Virus record (IMG/VR): IMGVR_UViG_3300009514_000697 | DNA from: a virus | Length of the DNA stretch: 16,065 nt | Reading direction: 5' to 3' (one strand) | In this document: one piece after another, positions 1-5,897 of the stretch | Numbering within the stretch: the stretch's first letter is position 1 | How the letters are laid out: each line of letters begins with the position of its first letter | The notes under the pieces: generated by a model | The model's database searches: none | Seen by the model: only the letters and a program-made list of their open reading frames with translations | What the model was told of the DNA's origin: nothing | Translations under genes and position numbers: made by a program

Positions 1-83
1 GGGGCAGGGTTTGGTTCTGAGGGTTACTAGCAACCTGTTTTGTTCTTGTTTAGTCATAGAGGTTAAATGGTATTTTTGGCATA

Positions 84-275
84 TTAGGCATTTGTAGAGG
101 TTTTGTTCAACAATTTGTCCAGATTTCTTAATTCTTTTGGTTCTAATAGCGGATAGAGCCTTGATAGCTTTTTTTTTGGTGGAGTATGTTTTTTTGGTAC
201 AGGCCATATTAGGTTAAATATCATATTTTCTAGCGGTATTAAGCCAATTCGTTTTAAAGGTTTCGATGTTATCAT
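84..275 (-). CDS. hypothetical small basic protein. The 63-aa ORF overlaps the 3' end of the upstream gene by ~60 nt. An internal ATG at 224 would give a 46-aa product overlapping it by only 11 nt.
   Basis: ATG start at 275. Lys/Pro-rich and basic. No recognisable domain and no clear SD. Confidence 0.25.
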   Translation of the reverse strand: MITSKPLKRIGLIPLENMIFNLIWPVPKKHTPPKKKLSRLYPLLEPKELRNLDKLLNKTSTNA

Positions 276-531
276 TTTCTATAATAACCCGCCAAGAGAT
301 ATTTTTATAGCAACGGGTGGCTAGGTTAATGATATCGAATAGGGAATTATAATTTTTATCAAACAAAACATTACTAAGTTCGTTCAGGTTAATGGGATAT
401 TGTTTAAGATACATGAGTCTTAGCAGACCTTTATCAGGACAGTTCAGGACAATGGTGGTATGACTAATAAAGGGGCAGATAAAAAAATTTCCGAATATTT
501 GTGAGGGCAGGGTATTGATTACTATGTTCAT
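214..531 (-). CDS. hypothetical protein, 105 aa from ATG 531. The ORF track extends it to a TTG at 582, which would overlap the 57-aa gene upstream.
   Basis: Open frame ending at TAA 214-216. The ATG at 529-531 lies 20 nt after the stop of the upstream Cys-rich micro-gene. No recognisable domain. Confidence 0.45.
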   Translation of the reverse strand: MNIVINTLPSQIFGNFFICPFISHTTIVLNCPDKGLLRLMYLKQYPINLNELSNVLFDKNYNSLFDIINLATRCYKNISWRVIIENDNIETFKTNWLNTARKYDI

Positions 532-551
532 TGTATTATATATTTTATGTT

Positions 552-725
552 TTAAAGTTTTATCAAAACGGGTGGTTCGCAACTATCACATTCACCACCA
601 AAATTGTAGTAGCACTGCCTACAAAAATAACTATAACAAACAGAACATTGGTAAAAGGCTTTCCTTGGTTTAATGTGTTCATTTGTTTCACAATATGGTC
701 TTTTTGTTTTTTTTTTATTTTTCAT
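552..725 (-). CDS. Cys-rich micro-protein, 57 aa, putative zinc-ribbon/treble-clef (MKNKKKTKRPYCETNEHIKPRKAFYQCSVCYSYFCRQCYYNFGGECDSCEPPVLIKL)
   Basis: Hand translation from ATG 725 to TAA 552-554. It has seven Cys arranged C-x2-C-x4-C-x2-C-x7-C-x2-C. AGGTGG lies 4 nt upstream of the ATG. It is below the 60-aa cutoff of the ORF track. Confidence 0.45.
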   Translation of the reverse strand: MKNKKKTKRPYCETNEHIKPRKAFYQCSVCYSYFCRQCYYNFGGECDSCEPPVLIKL

Positions 726-919
726 CTAACCACCTATGTCCTTTATTAAATTTTACCATATAGAAAAACCAATGTCCTATTTCGTGCAATAGATACTTAA
801 ACATTATGATAACGGGTGCTCTTTTTATATGTATTGAATTTGAAAACGGATGGTAGCAAGCCTTATCACTAGATGTTATCCATTGTGGCAATTCTTTGTG
901 TATGATTATTTTGGGTAAT

Positions 920-1015
920 TTAATTTTCACTAACTTCATACCAGATTTCATTATCGACTTCATACCAGACTTCATTCCAGACTTCGTTTTCTATCTCTTG
1001 AAATATGTTATTCAT
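920..1015 (-). CDS. fifth, truncated mini-ORF of the repeat-gene series, 31 aa (MNNIFQEIENEVWNEVWYEVDNEIWYEVSEN)
   Basis: Its ATG at 1015 overlaps the TGA of the previous mini-ORF as ATGA. It has the same MNNIFQEIEN leader as the four larger copies. It is below the ORF-track cutoff. Confidence 0.3.
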   Translation of the reverse strand: MNNIFQEIENEVWNEVWYEVDNEIWYEVSEN

Positions 1016-1245
1016 GATAATTTTTTACAGACTTCTTTCCAGACTTCATTCCCGACTTCATTCCAGACTTCATTCCTGACTTCATACCAGACTTCAGCCC
1101 TGACTTCATTCCAGACTTCATTACTGACTTCCTTCCAGACTTCATTATCGACTTCATACCAGACTTCATTACTGACTTCCTTCCAGACTTCATTATCGAC
1201 TTCATACCAGACTTCATTTTCTATCTCTTGAAATATGTTATTCAT
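1012..1245 (-). CDS. repeat mini-protein copy 4, 77 aa. It starts MNNIFQEIEN, continues as x-E-V-x tetrapeptide repeats and ends CKKLS.
   Basis: ATG lies inside the conserved junction module. AGGAA lies 9 nt upstream. Its TGA stop overlaps the next ATG. Whether this frame is the coding frame is not settled. Confidence 0.4.
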   Translation of the reverse strand: MNNIFQEIENEVWYEVDNEVWKEVSNEVWYEVDNEVWKEVSNEVWNEVRAEVWYEVRNEVWNEVGNEVWKEVCKKLS

Positions 1246-1487
1246 GATAATTCATTCCTGACTTCATTACTGACTTCATACCAGACTTCTTTCCAGACTT
1301 CATTCTCGACTTCATTACTGACTTCATTACTGACTTCCTTCCAGACTTTATTCCAGACTTCTTTCCTGACTTCATTCTCGACTTCATACCAGACTTCATT
1401 ACTGACTTCATTACTGACTTCTTTCCTGACTTCATTCCAGACTTCATTCCAGACTTCGTTTTCTATTTCTTTAAATATGTTATTCAT
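1242..1487 (-). CDS. repeat mini-protein copy 3, 81 aa. It starts MNNIFKEIEN, continues as (x-E-V-x)n and ends ELS.
   Basis: Same architecture as copy 4, with ATGA overlaps at both ends. Confidence 0.4.
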   Translation of the reverse strand: MNNIFKEIENEVWNEVWNEVRKEVSNEVSNEVWYEVENEVRKEVWNKVWKEVSNEVSNEVENEVWKEVWYEVSNEVRNELS

Positions 1488-1669
1488 AATAATTCTTTCC
1501 TGACTTCATTCCAGACTTCATTACTGACTTCATACCAGACTTCATTACTGACTTCATTACTGACTTCATACCAGACTTCATTCCTGACTTCATTCTCGAC
1601 TTCATACCAGACTTCATTCCCGACTTCATTCCAGACTTCATTTTCTATCTCTTGAAATATGTTATTCAT
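1484..1669 (-). CDS. repeat mini-protein copy 2, 61 aa. It starts MNNIFQEIEN, continues as (x-E-V-x)n and ends ELL.
   Basis: Same architecture, with ATGA overlaps at both ends. Confidence 0.4.
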   Translation of the reverse strand: MNNIFQEIENEVWNEVGNEVWYEVENEVRNEVWYEVSNEVSNEVWYEVSNEVWNEVRKELL

Positions 1670-1935
1670 GATAATTCATTCCTGACTTCATACCAGACTT
1701 CAGCCCTGACTTCATACCAGACTTCATTCCCGACTTCATTCCAGACTTCATTCCAGACTTCTTTCCAGACTTCAGCCCTGACTTCATACCAGACTTCATT
1801 CCCGACTTCATTCCAGACTTCATTACTGACTTCAGCCCTGACTTCATACCAGACTTCATTCCCGACTTCATTCCAGACTTCATTCAAGACTTCATTCCAG
1901 ACTTCGTTTTCTATTTCTTTAAATATGTTATTCAT
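1666..1935 (-). CDS. repeat mini-protein copy 1, 89 aa. It starts MNNIFKEIEN, continues as (x-E-V-x)n and ends ELS.
   Basis: First gene of the series. Its ATG at 1935 lies ~16 nt after a perfect hairpin. Confidence 0.4.
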   Translation of the reverse strand: MNNIFKEIENEVWNEVLNEVWNEVGNEVWYEVRAEVSNEVWNEVGNEVWYEVRAEVWKEVWNEVWNEVGNEVWYEVRAEVWYEVRNELS

Positions 1936-1950
1936 ATTTATCCAATAAAA

Positions 1951-1980
1951 TAAAACAACAATTAAATAATTGTTGTTTTA
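1951..1980 (-). terminator. perfect palindromic hairpin (AAAACAACAATT-aaat-AATTGTTGTTTT) followed on the minus strand by ATTTTATT. Candidate intrinsic terminator and boundary between the upstream genes and the repeat array.
   Basis: 12-14 bp perfect inverted repeat with a U-rich tail. It sits 28 nt downstream of the stop at 2008. The stem is AT-rich, so the predicted stability is modest. Confidence 0.4.
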
Positions 1981-2007
1981 ATTATTAAAACCATTAAAAG
2001 TTTAGGT

Positions 2008-2346
2008 TTAGTCTTTAGCGATCCTTACTTCTTCTGTAAGATAATCGTACTCATAACTACCTTCGATTTCCCAATTACCCGCAGGTATTTCGATAGTATC
2101 ATGTCGTGATTCGATTATGCATTTAACTTTAGCGGGTTTTTCGTTTCTCATATACATCAAATTTTCGTTTTCTTCATGTTGGTATAAACTCACACCGTCC
2201 ATGTCTTCAACCAAATGATGATTACCAGTAACTTCGGAATCTGCTACTTTATAATATCCTTTTTTCGGAATTATTTTTTTTACATTTTTGGGAATGCCTT
2301 TTTTTAATTGGTAAAAATTAACTTCCCCATGACTTGCGTGTAACAT
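2008..2346 (-). CDS. hypothetical protein, 112 aa, His/Glu-rich, possibly a small metal-binding beta protein
   Basis: ATG at 2346. AAAGGAG lies 7 nt upstream. No confident family assignment. Confidence 0.6.
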   Translation of the reverse strand: MLHASHGEVNFYQLKKGIPKNVKKIIPKKGYYKVADSEVTGNHHLVEDMDGVSLYQHEENENLMYMRNEKPAKVKCIIESRHDTIEIPAGNWEIEGSYEYDYLTEEVRIAKD

Positions 2347-2365
2347 ATTTTTTCTCCTTTTTTGT

Positions 2366-3328
2366 TTATTTTATGTTGAATGTTTTTAAATTGTCTCTTC
2401 CGTTATGTCGAAACTTCATGGCATCTTCGAGTGTTTTTATATGTGGTGGGACTGCTTCTAAATGAAAAATACCTGTTGTTTGGTTTTTCATTTTAACATG
2501 GGGTGCATATTGTATATTCTTAAATATAGAAGCCATATCTAATAGCTCATATTCTGATTTTACCCACCACAAATTATTTTTGTATTTTTCCCAGGTATCT
2601 ATGATTTTACCTTTTGAAACCATTCTATCAATGCCATATTTTCTAATAAATTCTGCTCTGATATCTGCATTTTTTTCTTTATTAAAAAAATCAAGAGATA
2701 GATCCTCTGCTTTGGTGATAACTAAGTATTTTGGAACTTTTACACCATTCAGATGATACAATTTTAGACCTTTTTTTCCAGCATAAATTAAAGAAGGGCC
2801 ATTTTCACAATGCAACCCTTTTTCGTTTTTATTTATTTCAATAGGTTTTTGAGTAACCACACAAAAATCGTTACAAGCCCAAACAACCCCAAGGAAAGAA
2901 AGTTTTTTGGTTATGTTGAATTTTTTTCTTTTCTTTAATTTTAAAACTTCAGAATCAAAATAATCATAAAAAGAATACCAAGAATCGAAACTTCCATATA
3001 TGTATGGCATTACTATGTTATTGTTTTCAACAAGTTTTTTTGCTTTTATTTTGTGTTTTTCATCACAATCAGCAATAATGGTTTCTGTAATTTTGATCTT
3101 TGCTTTTGAAAGCAATTTTAACAGAACCACTTGAAACCAACCTTCATGCGGATTATCCGCAAGAAAAATAGGGATTTTTTTTCTACTCATTACGCCTTCA
3201 TAAAATTCATCAATTATACTTCTGGCATAATCTTTATCAAATCTTTCAGTAGACAATCCAATTTTTATCCATTTATCTTTATAAACTGAAAGTTTTTTTC
3301 TTTGTTCGTCTGTAAGTGATGTTATCAA
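2366..3328 (-). CDS. hypothetical protein, 320 aa, with a TTG start
   Basis: The first in-frame start is TTG at 3328. TAAGGAG lies exactly 8 nt upstream of it. The next in-frame ATG is 46 codons further in. No recognised domain. Confidence 0.6.
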   Translation of the reverse strand: MITSLTDEQRKKLSVYKDKWIKIGLSTERFDKDYARSIIDEFYEGVMSRKKIPIFLADNPHEGWFQVVLLKLLSKAKIKITETIIADCDEKHKIKAKKLVENNNIVMPYIYGSFDSWYSFYDYFDSEVLKLKKRKKFNITKKLSFLGVVWACNDFCVVTQKPIEINKNEKGLHCENGPSLIYAGKKGLKLYHLNGVKVPKYLVITKAEDLSLDFFNKEKNADIRAEFIRKYGIDRMVSKGKIIDTWEKYKNNLWWVKSEYELLDMASIFKNIQYAPHVKMKNQTTGIFHLEAVPPHIKTLEDAMKFRHNGRDNLKTFNIK

Positions 3329-3394
3329 AATATTATCTCCTTATTAAGTTTTTAAGTAACATTCTAATATATGATATGAAAGTAAAGTTAAACA

Positions 3395-3538
3395 TTAGTA
3401 ACCCGCAAACCCTATGTAATTGTCTTCGAGCACAAAATAAGTGGTCATGGTAACTGTACATGTCTGGTTTTGTTCATTGTAATTCGGTTTTAGAATGGAG
3501 CTATCTTTTAATTGTTTTTCGATTTCGGATTTATCCAT
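3395..3538 (-). CDS. possible 47-aa micro-ORF (MDKSEIEKQLKDSSILKPNYNEQNQTCTVTMTTYFVLEDNYIGFAGY)
   Basis: Open from ATG 3538 to TAA 3395. It has no SD and lies inside what may be a leader, so coding is doubtful. Confidence 0.2.
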   Translation of the reverse strand: MDKSEIEKQLKDSSILKPNYNEQNQTCTVTMTTYFVLEDNYIGFAGY

Positions 3539-3540
3539 AC

Positions 3541-3569
3541 TTATTATGTTTCATAAATTTTAGTGTCAA
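3541..3569 (-). promoter_or_regulatory. sigma70-like promoter candidate reading leftward. On the minus strand the -35 is TTGACA (3569..3564), the spacer is 17 bp and the -10 is TAATAA (3546..3541).
   Basis: Perfect -35 hexamer but a weak -10. It lies in the 460-bp region without long ORFs between the micro-gene run and the 320-aa gene. In AT-rich DNA such matches are common by chance. Confidence 0.25.
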
Positions 3570-3795
3570 AAACACAATTTACAAAAAATTTAGCTTTTTC
3601 TAATGCTTTTGTCCAGTAATAATACATCTAAGCGGAAATATAAGCATTAAAACCTAATAAATGGGTTTTTTTATAAATCTACCACCATTATTTCATGCAA
3701 GTTCCATCGTATCCAGACCAATAAATATCTTATAGTCTGGCAGTAAGTTTTTATTTGTTTCTGTTTCAATGTACATTTTTATTTATCATAAGGTA

Positions 3796-3927
3796 TTATT
3801 GAGGTTTATCTTTAGAACACCAGATACACCATTCTTCAGGTTGCCAAGGAGGTTTGATGTATTGGTGTTTACGAAAAACCATGCATTTTATTTTACCCCA
3901 CACATCATCTAAGTAAATCTTTTTCAT
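3796..3927 (-). CDS. micro-protein, 43 aa (MKKIYLDDVWGKIKCMVFRKHQYIKPPWQPEEWCIWCSKDKPQ)
   Basis: Hand translation. AAGGA lies 3-4 nt upstream of the ATG. It has a CxxC pair near the C-terminus and is last in a chain of four coupled small genes. Confidence 0.35.
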   Translation of the reverse strand: MKKIYLDDVWGKIKCMVFRKHQYIKPPWQPEEWCIWCSKDKPQ

Positions 3928-3940
3928 AATTCCTTTTCAA

Positions 3941-4096
3941 TCAGCTTATTAAAATCATGCACTTGTTTTCTGGCTTTTGAATTGTGAACCGTTTTAAGTT
4001 GTGGGTATATCTGTTTCCAAAGTTATAACAAGCAGATAGACCGTTTAAATAATAAACAGTCGCTTCTTCTTTACAATTAAGATAATTACAGTTCAT
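3941..4096 (-). CDS. micro-protein, 51 aa with four Cys (MNCNYLNCKEEATVYYLNGLSACYNFGNRYTHNLKRFTIQKPENKCMILIS)
   Basis: Its ATG at 4096 overlaps the TGA of the upstream micro-gene as ATGA. It is below the ORF cutoff. Confidence 0.4.
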   Translation of the reverse strand: MNCNYLNCKEEATVYYLNGLSACYNFGNRYTHNLKRFTIQKPENKCMILIS

Positions 4097-4242
4097 CTGT
4101 TTTCTCTTATAGTTGCACTGCGATTTCTGTGATAAGTATCCATAGCTTCAATAAAAGATTTCAAAAGACTTTCCATATTATTCACTTCCTTATTAGAGGG
4201 GGCCGAAATATATACAGTGAAAGATTTTCTTTTAAGAGTCAT
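4093..4242 (-). CDS. micro-protein, 49 aa (MTLKRKSFTVYISAPSNKEVNNMESLLKSFIEAMDTYHRNRSATIRENR). Alternatively a 27-aa form from the ATG at 4176, which has AAGGAAG 8 nt upstream.
   Basis: The ATG at 4242 lies 1 nt after the TAA of the upstream 59-aa gene. The frame runs to TGA 4093-4095. Confidence 0.35.
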   Translation of the reverse strand: MTLKRKSFTVYISAPSNKEVNNMESLLKSFIEAMDTYHRNRSATIRENR

Positions 4243-4243
4243 T

Positions 4244-4423
4244 TTAAATTACCCAATCGGTAAAGACAAGTTGTTCAACATAGCTTTGAAATAGTTCTTT
4301 GATGGATTCTTTTTCTCTGGTTAGACCTAGAAAGTTCACCGCTATCCCTATAGGGAACACTAAAGGGAAAAGCAAAATACTGATTCCTTTCATAAAAATA
4401 TTTGTGAATTTTTTGCCCTTCAT
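4244..4423 (-). CDS. membrane micro-protein, 59 aa (MKGKKFTNIFMKGISILLFPLVFPIGIAVNFLGLTREKESIKELFQSYVEQLVFTDWVI)
   Basis: AAGGAG lies 7 nt upstream of ATG 4423. It has one clear hydrophobic helix. It is 1 aa below the ORF cutoff. The plus-strand 65-aa ORF 4299-4496 across the same DNA is judged spurious. Confidence 0.55.
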   Translation of the reverse strand: MKGKKFTNIFMKGISILLFPLVFPIGIAVNFLGLTREKESIKELFQSYVEQLVFTDWVI

Positions 4424-4588
4424 TTATGTTCTCCTTGCTGTAGTTTTTAATGGAAGAAGTTTGATATGTAATATTTCTATTCTAGTAATCCAATAGTATG
4501 TAACGATTAAGTTACTTATGTTTAAAAAAGCCTTGATATTGTGTACATCAGAATGGGAATAATCATCGGGTTCAATTTCCAGCATCAT
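4424..4588 (-). CDS. micro-protein, 54 aa (MMLEIEPDDYSHSDVHNIKAFLNISNLIVTYYWITRIEILHIKLLPLKTTARRT)
   Basis: AGGTGA lies 6 nt upstream of ATGATG 4588. Its TAA is immediately followed by the ATG of the 59-aa gene. Confidence 0.5.
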   Translation of the reverse strand: MMLEIEPDDYSHSDVHNIKAFLNISNLIVTYYWITRIEILHIKLLPLKTTARRT

Positions 4589-4657
4589 TTTTAGTCACCT
4601 GCTTTTTTCCACAGTTCATTTATCTTTCTCTCAATATTGGAATATTCCATCAAGATT

Positions 4658-4840
4658 TCACTCATTTAGCATTCTTCGTTTTCCTAGTTTTTTAACTTCA
4701 CCATTTTTATTCATTATGAGAAAAATCTGTTTACAGCTACAGGTAATGTCTATCGGGTATTCCCATCTGAAAATGTGTTCTGTGGTGAACGATTCTACGC
4801 ATTTCAAATTGGGGCATTTAATATGTACAGGTCTACTCAT
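4658..4840 (-). CDS. small Cys-containing protein, 60 aa, possible zinc ribbon (C-x4-C ... C-x-C)
   Basis: ORF track. ATGA overlap with the upstream 79-aa gene. Cys spacing KCPNLKC ... CSC. Confidence 0.5.
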   Translation of the reverse strand: MSRPVHIKCPNLKCVESFTTEHIFRWEYPIDITCSCKQIFLIMNKNGEVKKLGKRRMLNE

Positions 4841-5076
4841 GTGCTATGAACCTTTCCCCCTAGTGCTTTGACCAGTTCGGCAACAATCGCAGGTATATAA
4901 CCTTCATCTCTTGTGTAATCGAAATCGGCAAGTTCGTCTAGTTTGGAATCTTCATCTTCGATTTCATCTTGGGTATATTTCCCTTTGACCAAATAACAAG
5001 AACCATTATCATAATAATAGATAGTGAAATTTCCTGTTTTTATGGCTTTTTGTATCTCTTTTTCTTTCTTAGTCAT
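4837..5076 (-). CDS. hypothetical acidic protein, 79 aa
   Basis: ORF track. The ATG at 5076 lies 3 nt after the stop of the 41-aa peptide gene. Confidence 0.55.
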   Translation of the reverse strand: MTKKEKEIQKAIKTGNFTIYYYDNGSCYLVKGKYTQDEIEDEDSKLDELADFDYTRDEGYIPAIVAELVKALGGKVHST

Positions 5077-5079
5077 GTT

Positions 5080-5205
5080 TTAGTTACTCCCAATTTCATA
5101 TCCTATTGTAATTAATTTTACTGCCACCCCGATCCAGAAGCAGACCCACACCCAAGTAGGTGCAGACAAAGCGAACAGTACCCAACTCAAAACGATTATA
5201 AACAT
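5080..5205 (-). CDS. hydrophobic micro-peptide, 41 aa (MFIIVLSWVLFALSAPTWVWVCFWIGVAVKLITIGYEIGSN)
   Basis: Hand translation. TAAGGAAAA lies ~9 nt upstream of ATG 5205. It is almost entirely one or two transmembrane helices. Confidence 0.45.
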   Translation of the reverse strand: MFIIVLSWVLFALSAPTWVWVCFWIGVAVKLITIGYEIGSN

Positions 5206-5217
5206 TTTATTTTTTCC

Positions 5218-5532
5218 TTATTTGTAAAGATTATAAGCAAACGCTTCTTCTGAAATACCGACAACGGCATTGTGGATATTGTTTATATGCGGTATCACAT
5301 ACCTATGTGTTTTAACTTGGATTGTTTTTACTTCCATATCTTCTGGTGTTCTCTGCCAACCCCATGAAGATGTGATATCAATTGGAACGGAAAACGAAAT
5401 AACAGGATCAGTTCTCAAGTGTTTTGGTATCCTGAAGAAGTATTTTATGTTTTTAAGAATCCCATGATCTTGTTCTACCACTTGAATCAACTTCAAGAGT
5501 ATTAAATCATGTTCCAGTTCTATGAAATTCAT
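5218..5532 (-). CDS. hypothetical protein, 104 aa
   Basis: ORF track. AAGGTG lies 8 nt upstream of ATG 5532. It is the first gene after the terminator downstream of MVP. Confidence 0.6.
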   Translation of the reverse strand: MNFIELEHDLILLKLIQVVEQDHGILKNIKYFFRIPKHLRTDPVISFSVPIDITSSWGWQRTPEDMEVKTIQVKTHRYVIPHINNIHNAVVGISEEAFAYNLYK

Positions 5533-5693
5533 TTTACTTACACCTTACGGTATTCAAATACATGGACAAGAATTGCTCCACCTTGTAATTGACAGGAGCC
5601 TAAATGTTTTCGGTTTAATGAAAAAAATTCTTCAACCGTATTGGTTTCTGGCATCGGGATGGGGTATTTCCAGATAGTTTTAAACATACTTAG

Positions 5694-5736
5694 AACATAT
5701 ATTCTAAGCCAAAAGAAAATCCTAATTTTTGGACTT
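5694..5736 (-). promoter_or_regulatory. bipartite conserved intergenic element. Minus-strand AAGTCCAAAA, then 21 nt, then AGAATATATGTT. A second AAGTCCAAA copy sits at 5747-5757.
   Basis: The same two exact motifs recur with 22-nt spacing at 11778-11821. In plus-strand form they are TTTTGGACTT and AACATATATTCT. Both sites lie just upstream, in the transcription direction, of a gene start. This makes it a candidate phage promoter or operator. Confidence 0.35.
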
Positions 5737-5758
5737 TTTTATAAATTTGGACTTTTCT

Positions 5759-5790
5759 ATAAAAAAAGCACCCTACTTGCGTAATGTGCT
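5759..5790 (-). terminator. candidate rho-independent terminator ~110 nt downstream of the MVP stop
   Basis: Minus strand AGCAC-AT-TAC-GCAA-GTA-GG-GTGCT followed by T8. This is a 5+3 bp interrupted stem with a GCAA tetraloop. Confidence 0.4.
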
Positions 5791-5897
5791 TTTCGCTATT
5801 ATGGAAAAACATGATGGGATTATGAGTCTTGATTTGTGGTTTTGGCAAGAATCCTAGTTGTTAGAATATCTCATTATACCCCACCATGCTTATATTT

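Larger units (their letters stand above)
896..1948. repeat. tandem array of ~65 degenerate 12-bp repeats. The plus-strand consensus is CCAGACTTCATT and the core GACTTCAT is invariant. Five ~40-bp junction modules of consensus TTTTCTATCTCTTGAAATATGTTATTCATGATAATT split it into blocks.
   Basis: The 12-nt periodicity is directly visible. Modules sit near 981-1022, 1211-1252, 1450-1496, 1635-1678 and 1896-1940. Module variants alternate: 1211 and 1635 match each other, and 1450 and 1896 match each other. This implies duplication of a two-block unit. Confidence 0.9.

Noticed and set aside
1-60. G-rich segment at the window edge (GGGGCAGGGTTTGGTTCTGAGGGTTACTAGCAACC) looked at as a possible tRNA 3' half or terminator
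   Set aside because: There is no T-arm GTTCnAnTC-like box and no CCA-compatible acceptor pairing. Only a 4-bp stem is present. It is also truncated by the window edge.
531-749. Plus-strand 72-aa ORF 531-749. Also the plus-strand ORFs 4299-4496, 5270-5467, 8917-9108, 9466-9669, 13847-14062, 14235-14429, 14725-14916, 15270-15524, 15493-15693 and 15528-15743.
   Set aside because: Each overlaps a minus-strand gene that has an SD and a coupling context. None has its own RBS. Their composition is Phe/Leu/Ile-rich, as expected for antisense of AT-rich coding DNA.
715-975. 86-aa minus ORF whose tail contains an HEIGH (HExxH) motif
   Set aside because: The N-terminus is just the MKSG-frame read-through of the repeat array. 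The HExxH sits in a 29-aa tail that overlaps the start of the Cys-rich gene in another frame. I judge it a chance match.
896-1948. CRISPR array hypothesis for the repeat region
   Set aside because: The period is 12 bp with no unique spacers. Repeats abut each other and there are no cas genes. This is a satellite-like or coding tandem repeat, not CRISPR.
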